DNA of 64,000 nucleotides from Nitrospirota bacterium (GCA_963754875.1 CAVWHO010000016.1:584586-648585), one strand, 5' to 3'. Positions 18,006 through 29,421 are shown, counted from the stretch's first letter. Program-made: numbers and translations. Notes: generated by a model not told the origin, from the sequence alone.

Positions 18006-20265
18006 CTACACGAACTTCACCGCCTTTACCGCCTTGAGCCCCACGCTGCCGCGGGTCATGACGCCGTAATCCTTGAGGTCGATCACCTTCTCCTTGCCCT
18101 TCTCGTCGATCACTTTCACCTGCTGGCCCTTGCGCACGGAGCGGAAGAGCGCCACCTCGCCGTTCTTTACGTTCACGAGCTTGACTCCCTTGCCTGCGCC
18201 GGTGAGGACGGGGATGTCCTTTGCCGCTACCACGACGGCCTTTCCTTCCAAGGTGAGGAACAGAACGTTCGGCAGATCGAGGATGTCCACGCCCATGATG
18301 CTGTCGCCCGACTTTACGCCGGCAAACTTTTTCCCTGCCCGGGTCGTCACGGCATTGAACTGCCCCAGGTCGAAGGCGAAGCCGATGCCGTGGCTGGATA
18401 CGGTGAGCACCGTCACTTCACGGGGCGCCAGAGCGAGTTCCGCTTGCTTGTCCTTTCCTGCCTCCTCCGGCGTGCCGGTAAAGACGATCGTAAAATTCAT
18501 GGTCGCGATCGGCCGCTCGCCGTCGCCGAATTTGAAGAGGTGCTGCACCGGCTCGCCGAACCCGGAGCCTGACGGAAGGTCGTAGGCTTTCATCACATAG
18601 ACCTTGCCTGCGGAAGAGAAGATGGCGATGTTGTCCCTGGTGTTCGCAGGCAAGAGGGCCAGCAGCTCGTCGCCTTCCTTGAAACGTAGGTTTTCGCCAA
18701 CGGTCTTGACGCGCCTGATCCAGCCCATCTTCGTCATGATCACGGTCACGTCCTCGTGGGCGAGGAAATCCTCCTGCGAAAATTCAACGTCCTCTGCGGC
18801 CTTCATCACGGACCTGCGCTTGTCTCCGTATTGCTCCTTGATGCTCAGAAGCTCGGACTTGATCAGGCCCCAGATCTTCTTCGGGCTGGCCAGGATCGCT
18901 TCGATGTCCTTCCTCAGCTTGGTCTTCTCCGCTTTCTCCTTCAGGATGCGGTCGATCTCAAGGCCGGCAAGCCGGTAGAGCTGCATTTCAAGGATCGCTT
19001 TCACCTGCTCGTCGTCGAGCTTGAAATGTTTTTTCAGCTTCTCCGCGGCGTCCTCCCTCGATTTTGACTTGCGGATGATCTTGATCGCCGTATCGAGGTC
19101 GTCGTAGAGCTTTTCAAAGGCCGCCAGGATATGGAGCCGGGCCTTCAGGATCCGCAGATCGAAGTTGAGCCGCTTCTTGATCACGTCGTTCCGGAACTCG
19201 AGGAAGTAGCGCATCACTTCCTTGAGCGGCAGCCTTTCAGGCTCCATATTCGGCTTGAGCGCCGTGAAGTTCATGGGAAAGGAGGACTCGAGGTCCGAAG
19301 TGCTTGAAGAGGTAGGCGGTCACCATCTCCGGGTTCGTTTCGGCCTTGAGCTCGATCACGATCCGAACAATGTCCGTAGATTCGTCGCGCACCGTCGAGA
19401 CCTGCGGCAGCTTCTTGTCCTCCATGAGACCGATCATCTTCTCGAGCAGCTTTGCCTTGTTCACGAGGTAGGGAATGGAATGGAAGACGATGGCCTGCCT
19501 ACCGCGCGGAAGGTCTTCAACGGTGTATTCGCCGCGGATCCGGATCGCGCCGCTCCCGGACTGATAGATCTCTTTGAGTTCCTTTTTGGAATTCAGGATC
19601 TGGCCGGAGGTCGGGAAATCCGGCCCCTTGATATGCTTCAGAAGGTCTTTGACGTCGATATCGGGATTGTCGATCATGGCAGCAAGGCCGTCGATCACCT
19701 CACCGAGATTATGTGGCGGGAAGGAGCAGCTCATGCCCACTGCGATGCCTGACGTGCCGTTCACGAGGAGCTGCGGAAAACGCGCCGGGAGGACCACCGG
19801 TTCCTTGAGCGAGTTGTCGTAGTTCGCCCGGAAGCCCACGGTTTCCTTGTCGATCTCGACCAGAAGCTCTTCGGCGAGGTGCGACAACCGGGCTTCCGTA
19901 TACCGCATTGCCGCAGCCGGATCGCCGTCGAGGCTCCCGAAGTTTCCCGAGCCTTCGACGAGGGGGTAGCGGAGCGAGAACGGCTGCGCCATTCTGACCA
20001 TGGCGTCATAGGCGGCCTGGTCGCCATGGGGGTGGAACTTGCCGAGGACCTCTCCGACCACGGCCGCGCTTTTTCGGAATTTCGCTGTTGGGCCGAGGCC
20101 CATTTCCCACATGGCAAAGAGGATCCTCCGGTGCACGGGCTTCAGTCCGTCGCGCACGTCAGGCAGAGACCGTGAAACGATGGTGGAAAGCGCATAGGTA
20201 AGGAAACGGTTCTCAACCTCGGAATGCAGCGCTGTCGTCAGGATCGTGTCTTCTTTTATCGGCAT
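18006..20265 (-). CDS. parC: Type IIA topoisomerase subunit A, ParC-like (one frameshift at ~19298)
   Basis: [32 protein letters not shown] (catalytic Tyr). Removing one base joins [14 protein letters not shown]. The CTD lacks a GyrA-box. Confidence 0.85.
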
Positions 20266-20394
20266 CTGGTGTCCCTTTCTTTAACGAAAATGCGTCAGCT
20301 GGATGATAAATATTTCTTTCTGGGCACGCATTGTACCACAAAAAGTGAGTTATTTTCAAAGTAAGTTTGGATAAAGTAGTGTATAATATTTCCC

Positions 20395-21264
20395 ATGATC
20401 AACCTGTTCCTTCATCACGCAGAGTCATTCAGCAGTGAAGCATTTGAATGCGGCAACTGCGGCCAGGATTTTAGTGCTACAATCATTAACTGGGTGGACG
20501 TTTCCAATACACCTCAGGCAAGACAAACACTGTCAAAATGGCAGTTCAATGTCATCCAGTGCCCGCACTGCGGGTGCCGTCATTTTTCCGGAACTCCCTT
20601 TTTCTATGAAGACTTCGAGGACGGGCTTCTGATCGCCGTATTTCCCCACGTGCCCGAGAAACGGGGAGAGGCCGAAACGACGATCCGGAGAAAATACGGT
20701 TACTACCCCGTTCTTGAATTCTTTTACGACATGACGCAGATATGGATGCTGCTCTATTTCCAGGAGCACTACAAGCAGACCACGAATCTGCGCTCACTTT
20801 CACGGCTCGGTTCGGGAGAGGAGCGTCTCCACAAGATCCTCCGGTTCCTGAAGGAAAACCAGCTCATGATCGACATCCGGGAAGCCCTAACTGAATCTTT
20901 TTTTGACGACAGCGCCAGTGAAAGGCTGACTGAGCTCCTGGGGCAGGCCATCTACATGCTCGAAGAAATGCTGCCCTGGCCCCTGGACCACCGTTGTGTC
21001 TGCGGAGGGGACCTGGCAGGAGAACTTGTCTGCTGCAACAGCCGGATCAACATCAAGGAACATCAGCATCTTCTGTCGAAACACTACATCATTTATTGCC
21101 CAACCTGCAAGGAAGCGCTGTCCGGAGCGTCCTGCGCGCAGTGCGGCCGGGTTTATACCTGGAGACTCGGGACGGTGTCAACACACCGAAGCAGGGAAAA
21201 ATCCCAGAAACGAAAATCGGTGATGTCACACACGTTCCCCCCGATTAAAGAAAGCAGGCCCTGA
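20395..21264 (+). CDS. CpXC-domain protein with additional C-terminal Cys clusters
   Basis: CGNCG...CPHCG...FFYED N-terminus. CVCG, CC, CPTC and CAQC in the C-terminus. Confidence 0.7.
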   Translation: MINLFLHHAESFSSEAFECGNCGQDFSATIINWVDVSNTPQARQTLSKWQFNVIQCPHCGCRHFSGTPFFYEDFEDGLLIAVFPHVPEKRGEAETTIRRKYGYYPVLEFFYDMTQIWMLLYFQEHYKQTTNLRSLSRLGSGEERLHKILRFLKENQLMIDIREALTESFFDDSASERLTELLGQAIYMLEEMLPWPLDHRCVCGGDLAGELVCCNSRINIKEHQHLLSKHYIIYCPTCKEALSGASCAQCGRVYTWRLGTVSTHRSREKSQKRKSVMSHTFPPIKESRP

Positions 21265-21556
21265 ACGTTTCCGCATCGCCTTGTCCTTTTCCCGGGAGCA
21301 TGCCAGGATGATTTCAAGCCGGACCACAGAAACTTACTTCTTTTTTCATCCCTGATCCGCCCCCTGCACCCTCAACACTGATGTTTGTTTTGCCGGAACG
21401 CGACGCAGATCCATTTAATGCAGCCGTCCCTTCTGGATGGTTACCTTAATATAATGATCTCTTCGCAGAGCGGGGCTCACTGCTTAAATACTGTTGTTCT
21501 TTACTTCGTGAACTTCCTTAACCGAACGTATTTACGAATAGCCTATCCATAAATGC

Positions 21557-21583
21557 AAAAGGCGGTGATTGCTCACCGCCTTC
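21557..21583 (-). terminator. Intrinsic terminator of the tandem membrane-protein operon
   Basis: AAAAGGCGGTGA-TTGC-TCACCGCCTT hairpin. Confidence 0.65.
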
Positions 21584-21626
21584 TTGGTAAACTCTGCAGC
21601 CCTTTCTTCCGCTCATACTTCTCGTC

Positions 21627-21944
21627 TTACGCCTTTTCCGCGACCGCCTTCCGTTCTCTGACTGCCGCGGGAGCTGCTACCACAAAGCCGATCGCCGTAC
21701 CCATGAGGCCGCCTACCACGAGGCACACGGCCGCCGCGCAGGAGATGCCGACTACGATACCCATCACGATCGCCACTCGCACGAAGAGGGTCGGTTCCAC
21801 CATCCCGCCCAGCAGCTTCTGGAGCAGGATCAGCGTCCCATAGGACCCGAAATAAAATCCCGGCATGATGCCGAACACCAGAAACACCAGCCCGCCCATT
21901 GTTGCACCGATCTTCATCCCTGTTTTTACTGTCTCGTTTTTCAT
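21627..21944 (-). CDS. Small Gly-rich membrane protein (paralog B)
   Basis: Hydrophobic. GATMGGLVFLVFGIMPG mirrors paralog A. RBS AAGGAG. Confidence 0.75.
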   Translation of the reverse strand: MKNETVKTGMKIGATMGGLVFLVFGIMPGFYFGSYGTLILLQKLLGGMVEPTLFVRVAIVMGIVVGISCAAAVCLVVGGLMGTAIGFVVAAPAAVRERKAVAEKA

Positions 21945-21946
21945 GA

Positions 21947-22261
21947 CTATCTCCTTCCGGCCGCAGCCAAAGTATTCTCCTGGACGGACGTGCCGACAGC
22001 TGCGCCGACGAGCCATCCAATGGTCGATGTTGCAGTTACAATCACGATCCCCGCTACAAGGACGCCCAGAAGCATTCCCATAAGGACAACCACTCTGGAA
22101 AGAAGCCCCGGTTCGAGAGGAAGCCCGAAGAGCAGGCCGGCGATTTGGATCCCTGCCGCGCCGCCGAGAAGACTACCGGGGAGTAATCCAAACAGTCCGA
22201 ACAGCACCAACCCCGCTCCTGCACCGATGTAAGCACCCGATTTTGTCATTGTGGTCTTCAT
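21947..22261 (-). CDS. Small Gly-rich membrane protein (paralog A)
   Basis: GAGAGLVLFGLFGLLPG. RBS AAGGAGG. Confidence 0.75.
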   Translation of the reverse strand: MKTTMTKSGAYIGAGAGLVLFGLFGLLPGSLLGGAAGIQIAGLLFGLPLEPGLLSRVVVLMGMLLGVLVAGIVIVTATSTIGWLVGAAVGTSVQENTLAAAGRR

Positions 22262-22300
22262 TTTCGTATCCTCCTTTGTGTTCAGTCTTGCTTTCGTAGT

Positions 22301-22316
22301 TGCATCATGTGTGCCA
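22301..22316 (-). promoter_or_regulatory. sigma54 promoter
   Basis: Minus strand TGGCACACATGATGCA (GG-N10-GC). Confidence 0.7.
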
Positions 22317-22624
22317 AAAGGTAACGCGCTGAATTTTCAAGAAACACAGTGCGAGGAGCTTTTGCAGAAGTGAGAAGGCAGGTGCTTTTTTTTTAGAGAT
22401 GCGAAAATGTGTTGCAGATTGAAGGGGGAAAATGCGGCTTTATTTAAGTCAATAAATATCGCAACAGATGAACTACGGGGCAACAGGTACGCACTTATCT
22501 GAAAAAAAGCGGTTGATATGAATATGCGCAACTTGGAAGAGCCCTTCCCTCTGCCAAGGGGTGTTCGATGGGTGATTTCAGTTGGATTTCAGAGGTAATA
22601 AATTTTCGCTGCACTACCTCAGGA

Positions 22625-23587
22625 TCAACCCCGCAGATGGCAGTCTACGAAGTGGCCGCCTCCGAGGTCAGTGGTCCTCGGTACGATCTTGTCGCAGGGT
22701 TCGAAGCGGTAGATGCAGCGGGTGTGGAAGCGGCAGCCGGGCGGGATCTGGGTCGGGCTCGGGATATCTCCCTTGAGCAGGATGTGCTTTTTCCTGAGCG
22801 TTGGGTCCGCCACCGGGATGTCGGCCAGCAGCGCTTCGGTGTAGGGATGCGAAGGATTACGGTAGATCGCTTCCGCGGGCGCCTGTTCCATGATCTTGCC
22901 GAGGTACATCACAACGACCTTGTCGGAGAAGTGGCGCACGATGTTGAGATCGTGGGCGATGAACAGGAAGGAGAGTTTCAGTTCATCGCGCAAATCTTCA
23001 AGGAGATTGATGATCTGCGCCTGGACCGAAACATCGAGCGCAGATACAGGCTCGTCCGCCACGATAAACGACGGTCCGCTCGCGAGCGCCCGGGCAATGC
23101 CGATGCGCTGCCGCTGGCCGCCGGAAAATTCATGCGGGTATCGCCGGAGCGCGTCAACGGGCATTCCCACCTTTGCAAGCAGCGCCGCCCCCCGCTCTTC
23201 AAGCTCATGGTCCTTTGCCAGGCCGTGGATTACCAGGGGCTCGGTGATGATCTCCTGGATCCGCATGCGGGGATTGAGGGACGCAAAGGGGTCCTGAAAG
23301 ATGATCTGCATGTTCTTTCGGAGCGACCGAAGTTCCTTTTTCCCGAGCAGATTGAGGTTCCTGCCGTCGAAGTACACGTTGCCCGAAGTCGGCTCAAGGA
23401 GCCGGAGCGCGAGCCTGCCCAGCGTGGACTTGCCGCAGCCACTTTCTCCCACGAGTCCTACTGCCTCCCCGCGGGCAACGGAGAGCGTAACGCCGTCCAC
23501 GGCCGTGGCCTCGAGCTTTTTCCCGAACCCGGCCTTCACGGGGAACGTTTTTTTTATCTTGTCTATGACGAGAAGTTCGTTGGCCAT
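22625..23587 (-). CDS. oppF: Oligopeptide/dipeptide ABC transporter ATPase (OppF/DppF)
   Basis: GESGCGKST, YPHEFSGGQRQR, ADEPVSALD, GCRFHTRC. Confidence 0.9.
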   Translation of the reverse strand: MANELLVIDKIKKTFPVKAGFGKKLEATAVDGVTLSVARGEAVGLVGESGCGKSTLGRLALRLLEPTSGNVYFDGRNLNLLGKKELRSLRKNMQIIFQDPFASLNPRMRIQEIITEPLVIHGLAKDHELEERGAALLAKVGMPVDALRRYPHEFSGGQRQRIGIARALASGPSFIVADEPVSALDVSVQAQIINLLEDLRDELKLSFLFIAHDLNIVRHFSDKVVVMYLGKIMEQAPAEAIYRNPSHPYTEALLADIPVADPTLRKKHILLKGDIPSPTQIPPGCRFHTRCIYRFEPCDKIVPRTTDLGGGHFVDCHLRG

Positions 23588-23652
23588 AATAAATTTCTTA
23601 AGTCATCGCCTCAGATCAAGAAAACAAAACTAAAAGCAAACTAAAAGCATTG

Positions 23653-23734
23653 AACCGTGAAGGACGCGAAGGTTTTAAGGTCTTAAAAAGCGGGAATTCA
23701 TGTTTTCCTCGCGCTCTTAGCGCCCTGGCGGTTC
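23653..23734. repeat. Intergenic hairpin built from ~9-nt units
   Basis: AACCGTGAAGGACGCGAAG and CTCGCGCTCTTAGCGCCCTGGCGGTT. A similar element lies at 11237-11320. Confidence 0.45.
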
Positions 23735-23805
23735 CATTGTGTTATTGCGACGCCTCGTTAAAGACTCTTTTCTTCTTGTTCAGATTCGTTCGAACCGGAT
23801 TTGTT

Positions 23806-24766
<961 letters not shown>

Positions 24767-24780
24767 CGAGGGGGCTCCGC

Positions 24781-25497
24781 TCAGGAATTTTGGGTTTTTA
24801 CGAAATTCAAGTATGTTCGAACAGCAGGATTGTCGGGATCAATCACGAGCGCTTCGCGCCATTCTTCTTCGGCGAGACCGTAAAAGCCCTGTGAATAGTA
24901 GGTGACGCCGAGGTGCAGGCGTGCGGGAATGTACTTAGGGTTGCATGTCTTGGCGTGGTTGAATTCCTTGATCGCTTCATCGAACATCCCTTTGTCGCGA
25001 TAGGCGATTCCAAGATGAGTGATGATGTCGGCAAAGTCCGGAGAAAGGCGGAGGGCCTTCTGGTATTCTTCTATCGACTCGTCCAAAAGGTGGAGGTCGT
25101 AATACATGTTCCCGAGCCGCAAGTGCTCGTCGGAAAGCTTGCCCTTCACGAAGGGATCGATGCCCGAAGTCGGGGTCTTGCCGGCCTGGTCCGTAAAGTG
25201 GGCAGCTCGTTCAAAGACCTCGCGCGCCTTTTCATATTTCCCGAGATCGCTGTAAGTGATCGCCAGGTTAAGCGAGGCCTCGGTATATTTGGGGTTCAGG
25301 GCAAGGGCTTTTTCGAAGGTGCGTGCCGCGAGCTCGAGCCGGTTGGTCTGGTTGTAAATGATGCCCAACTTATTGAGAATATCAGCGAAGCCGGGATGGG
25401 CATCCAGAAAATCCCTAAAAAATTGCTCCGCTATCGCAAACTCTTTTTTTTCGAATGCCTCAGTGCCCTGTTTGTACAGTTCATCGAGCTTTGACAT
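24781..25497 (-). CDS. Tetratricopeptide repeat protein
   Basis: Repeated TPR patterns (ALALNPKYTEASLNLA, ALRLSPDFADIITHLG). Confidence 0.85.
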   Translation of the reverse strand: MSKLDELYKQGTEAFEKKEFAIAEQFFRDFLDAHPGFADILNKLGIIYNQTNRLELAARTFEKALALNPKYTEASLNLAITYSDLGKYEKAREVFERAAHFTDQAGKTPTSGIDPFVKGKLSDEHLRLGNMYYDLHLLDESIEEYQKALRLSPDFADIITHLGIAYRDKGMFDEAIKEFNHAKTCNPKYIPARLHLGVTYYSQGFYGLAEEEWREALVIDPDNPAVRTYLNFVKTQNS

Positions 25498-26023
25498 GGT
25501 TACCCCATCACCCCTGAGCGCGTCTGGAATTCAGTTTGTGTTAAAAAAATTTATCACACCTCGCCATAATATGTCAATGGAAAACCAAGAGAAGTTTTTG
25601 GCTCTTTCGTAGGGTCGATAAGTTATGCAAACTGATTTACACCATGTCGGAAGGAAGTACGCTCAGGAGAAATTAAAACTATTTTCGTTCTCGCTAAGCG
25701 GAACGGCTGCCAAAACAGAACATGTTTATTTTTCATATCGTAGCCGCACCCTTTAGGGTGCGTTTGTGCCGGTCGAGCCCTTTTTGAATGATAGCCCGCC
25801 AATGCTTGTTTCACCCTTTCGCATTTTTCTTCTCCCTTTCCCCTCCTGAAGATTTAGCTGCTTTGACCTTTGAATATTTTCGGTTTTAAACGGAACTCAT
25901 GGCGCAATCTAACTGTGGTTTCTTGGCAACAAAGCAACAAGAATGAAGTCTTTTTTACCACAGCTATAATACTTTATAATTTTTCAACATTCTGATTCTA
26001 CAACGATTTTTAGCATTAGTTCG

Positions 26024-26044
26024 TGGCATGCGGATTGCTATAAT
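26024..26044 (+). promoter_or_regulatory. sigma54 -24/-12 element overlapping an extended -10 (lpxC promoter)
   Basis: TGGCATGCGGATTGCT (GG-N10-GC) running into TGCTATAAT. Confidence 0.65.
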
Positions 26045-26068
26045 TATTTGTGTTGAGGGGAAAAAACT

Positions 26069-26974
26069 ATGATCAGATTTCAACGGACATTAAAAACCAA
26101 AATACCCTGCGATGGAATCGGCCTCCACACCGGCAAACCGGTCAGGATGACGCTTAAGCCGGCGCCGGCTGGCACGGGCATCGTGTTTCTCCGGACCGAC
26201 CTGGGAGACGCCGAGGTCAAGGCTGTCGCTGCCAATACCGCGTCAACCGGCTATGCAACTTCTCTCTGCCAGGAGAGCGTGTCTGTGAAGACCGTTGAGC
26301 ATTTGCTCGCGGCATTCGCCGGGCTCAATATCGACAATGTCGTCGTTGAGCTCGACAGTGAAGAAGTCCCGATCATGGACGGCAGCGCCCGTCCTTTTGT
26401 GCGGTTGATTGCCGAAGCGGGCATTCGGACCCTGGAAGCGCTTCAACCCGTGCTCAAAATCATCAAGCCCGTCTTCGTACGTGAAGGCAACAAGCAACTG
26501 GCCATGTGGCCTGCGGAAACAACAAGCCTCTCCTATTTTATCGATTTTAACCACCCGATGCTCAAAGAGCAAAGCCTGCAGTACCAGCCGACGGAAGAAG
26601 CATTCCTTCGCGAAGTGTCCGATGCCCGCACCTTCGGGTTCATGAGCGACGTCAAGGCCCTTCAGGCAAATGGTCTTGCAAAGGGCGCGTCATTGGAGAA
26701 CGCTGTGGCCCTCGGCGAGGACTCTGTGCTGAACAAAGACGGGCTGCGGTACAAGGATGAGTTCGTGCGGCACAAGATCCTGGACCTCATCGGAGATTTG
26801 TCGCTCCTGGGCATGCCAGTCATCGGCCACATCGTAGCGCACAAATCCGGACACGCCTTGAACGCACAGATGGTAAGTAAGCTTCTCAACACGCCCCACA
26901 GCTGGGTCCTGCTGGGCTCAACCCCGGAAGCAGCAATCAGCCAGACGGAGCAACTCCGGCACGCTACCCTATAA
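26069..26974 (+). CDS. lpxC: UDP-3-O-acyl-N-acetylglucosamine deacetylase
   Basis: GIGLHTG, TVEHLL, EVPIMDGSA, ARTFGF, EFVRHKILDLIGD, KSGH. Confidence 0.97.
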   Translation: MIRFQRTLKTKIPCDGIGLHTGKPVRMTLKPAPAGTGIVFLRTDLGDAEVKAVAANTASTGYATSLCQESVSVKTVEHLLAAFAGLNIDNVVVELDSEEVPIMDGSARPFVRLIAEAGIRTLEALQPVLKIIKPVFVREGNKQLAMWPAETTSLSYFIDFNHPMLKEQSLQYQPTEEAFLREVSDARTFGFMSDVKALQANGLAKGASLENAVALGEDSVLNKDGLRYKDEFVRHKILDLIGDLSLLGMPVIGHIVAHKSGHALNAQMVSKLLNTPHSWVLLGSTPEAAISQTEQLRHATL

Positions 26975-26997
26975 CGTCATCGTCCCCACGAAAAAGG

Positions 26998-27030
26998 AAA
27001 GCCGACGCCCTATACCCGCGTCGGCTTTTT
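26998..27030. terminator. Bidirectional terminator
   Basis: AAAGCCGACGC-loop-GCGTCGGCTTTTT between convergent genes. Confidence 0.75.
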
Positions 27031-27050
27031 CATTACAATGCTCGCAAAAA

Positions 27051-27782
27051 CTATTTAAGTTTGCGGTATCCTTTATATCCCAGCGTGTCCTTGTGACTGC
27101 CCTCCTTGACTTCCTTCTCAAAATCATCTTTCGCTTCCTTAAAGTCCTTGGGCGACATGTCCTTTCCGGGATGCCCCGTGTCATAAACGACAAAATCCGC
27201 CTCTTGCACTTCCTTCGCGAATTCATCGGTCGTCATGGGCGAGTAACGGGTCGTTGCATTCCAGCCCGGGTAGATTCCCTGCTGCAATAAATATATTTTA
27301 CCTGCCTCAAAATGGAGCCGCGCCGTGTCCGTATTGTCCGCATGGGAGATCACGTAGTGCGCGCCGGGAGTCACGTCGGTAGTGAAAGTACCCCGCAGCA
27401 GAGCTGCGGGGCATCTGGCCTTGGAACCTAAAGATACATCGAAACAAGAGGCTAATCCTGACTACGTCAGGATGTCCTTTTCATCCCAGCAGCAGAGCTG
27501 CTGGGTATTTCAGGACGCTTTTATAAAAAATTCTTTGCGGTGGGTCTGGCCGATCATTTTCCCGTCAAGGTAGTTGTCCACAACGCTGCCCCAGCCAAAG
27601 GACGTGGTCCGTATGATGACGAGCACGGCTTTGTTCGATTTTGCAGCAATCGATGGCTTGCGCTCTTGTGGGACCATGTGAAATTTGGGACCGCACGCAC
27701 CCAGGAATAAAGACAACATCACGATTGCTGCCGCCACTGCGTACTTCATCCAAGAATACCTTGATCCGGAAACACTGTTCAT
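27051..27782 (-). pseudogene. DUF2846-like lipoprotein interrupted by a 141-bp insertion
   Basis: Lipobox LGAC. The two ORF halves are in the same frame and rejoin as IGQTHRKEFF|TTDVTPGAHYV once 27387-27527 is removed. Confidence 0.75.
27387..27527 (+). mobile_element. Non-autonomous IS200/IS605-type palindromic miniature element (PATE-like)
   Basis: Subterminal hairpins CCCCGCAGCAGAGCTGCGGGG and CCCAGCAGCAGAGCTGCTGGG, central hairpin ATCCTGAC-TAC-GTCAGGAT, no ORF and no clear target duplication. Confidence 0.7.
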
Positions 27783-27897
27783 CTGTGACCTCCTTGATAA
27801 ATTTTTGGTACGTAGCCGCTTCGTCTGCTGTCGGCGCAAAAATACCGAGAATCACCAAACGAACACACTCATGACTGGCTGTACTGCAGGTGAGGCA

Positions 27898-28572
27898 TTA
27901 ACCCGTCTTTCTTAAAAACTCCTCCATGATCGCGACGCCGGAGCTCGTGCCGATTCGTTCCGCCCCTGCTTCGATCATCGCTGCTGCCGACGCAAGGTCC
28001 TTTATCCCTCCCGCTGCCTTAATGCGGCACGCCGGCCCGATCGTCTGGCGGATCAGCTTTATATCGTCGACTGTGGCGCCGCGCGGCCCATATCCCGTGG
28101 AGGTCTTGATGAATTCAGCATTGGACCGCACCGCGATCTGACACACCCGCACGATCTCGTCGGACGTGAGGCTCCCGGTCTCGATGATGACTTTGTGGAC
28201 CCTCTGGGGCGTCATTGCAATAACGTTCTTGGTGTCGACTTCGGCGGCGTCGAAGCGGCCCGATTTTACCATGCCGATGTTCATCACGATGTCGAGTTCG
28301 ACGGCGCCGTTTTTGACGGCCTCCATGGCTTCAACGATCTTCACCGTCGTCGTGCTTGCCCCGTGGGGGAAACCCACGACGCAGCAGACTTTGACCAGCG
28401 ATCCGGACAGGAGGTCGCGGGCGCGGGCAACGTTGCAGCTGTTCACGACAACACAGGCAAAACCGTATTTCTTCGCTTCCTCACATGCCTTCGCAAGGTC
28501 GTCCAGCGTAGCGTCGGGCCGGACCAGCGTATGGTCGATGACATACGCTAACTGGCCTGCGTCTTTAAACAT
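27898..28572 (-). CDS. deoC: Deoxyribose-phosphate aldolase
   Basis: IDHTL, VVGFPHG, ELDIVMN, KVIIETG, FIKTSTG, IKAAGGI, RIGTSSG. Confidence 0.93.
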   Translation of the reverse strand: MFKDAGQLAYVIDHTLVRPDATLDDLAKACEEAKKYGFACVVVNSCNVARARDLLSGSLVKVCCVVGFPHGASTTTVKIVEAMEAVKNGAVELDIVMNIGMVKSGRFDAAEVDTKNVIAMTPQRVHKVIIETGSLTSDEIVRVCQIAVRSNAEFIKTSTGYGPRGATVDDIKLIRQTIGPACRIKAAGGIKDLASAAAMIEAGAERIGTSSGVAIMEEFLRKTG

Positions 28573-29421
28573 GCGAGAACCTCTTTCTTGTAAGCCTGAA
28601 GCAGCAGCGGCGGTGACCGGACCGGGCTTGCCGGTTCCGATGGTTTTCTTGTCGATCTTCGTGACCGGCATGATCTCCATGGTCGTGTTCGTGATGAAGC
28701 ACTCATCGGCGGCATGAAGCTTTTTCGGCCGCAGGAGCTGCTCCTTGACCGTTATTTTTTTCCGTTCCGCAAGACGGAGCACCAGGTCGCGCGTGACTCC
28801 TTCAAGGATGCCGGTGTCCAGATGGGGCGTGTACAATACTCCTTTTTTGACCAGAAAAATATTGCTGATGGTCCCTTCTGCAACATAGCCCTGCCAATTG
28901 AGCATGATCCCTTCAAAAGCACCGGCCTTCTTCGCCTCGATCTTGGCGAGGATATTGTTCAGAAAGTTGGTGCCCTTGATGGAGGGCGGCAGCGCGAGCG
29001 GATGGTTACGCCGTGTTTTCACGATGGCCACGGCCACGCCGCGTTCGAAGTATGTTGCCGGATAATCGTGGAACGGCTTGGCAGTGATCACCATGGTGGG
29101 CGCAGCACAAAGGGCCGGATCGAGGCCGATCTCTCCGGGGCCGCGCGAAATATGGAGCCGGACGTAGGCGTCCCGGAGCTTGTTGACGTTCAGCGATTCA
29201 ATCAGCGCATTGCGGATTTTTTCGGGCGAAAGCGGAAGTTTGAGGGAAATAGCGTCGGCAGAATGCTTCAGGCGGGCAAGGTGTTTCTTGAGAAGGAAGA
29301 ACCGGCCTCCGTATGCCCGCATGGTCTCATAGATGCCGTCGCCGTAAAGAAAGCCGTGGTCAAAAACGGAAACCAGCGCCTTTTCCTTGTCGACAAAATT
29401 ACCATCAATATACACAAGCAT
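28548..29421 (-). CDS. Class IV aminotransferase (branched-chain IlvE / ADC lyase-like), with a late frameshift ~28611
   Basis: DHGFLYGDGIYET, IKGTN, EGTISNIF, ILEGVTR, DECFITNT. Corrected end PVTALLLQAYKKEVLACLKTQAS*. Confidence 0.85.

Noticed and set aside
19237..19300. Split topoisomerase or programmed frameshift
   Set aside because: A single extra base explains it, there is no slippery site, and the window has many similar indels.
25623..25814. 63-aa ORF upstream of the TPR gene
   Set aside because: Its middle is the translation of a REP-like palindrome (HPKGCGY) and it has no coding signals.
27898..29421. Apparent 507-aa aminotransferase-DeoC fusion
   Set aside because: Removing one base near 28611 gives a normal aminotransferase end with its own stop at 28548, and deoC has its own ATG at 28572. 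This is most likely an indel artefact.
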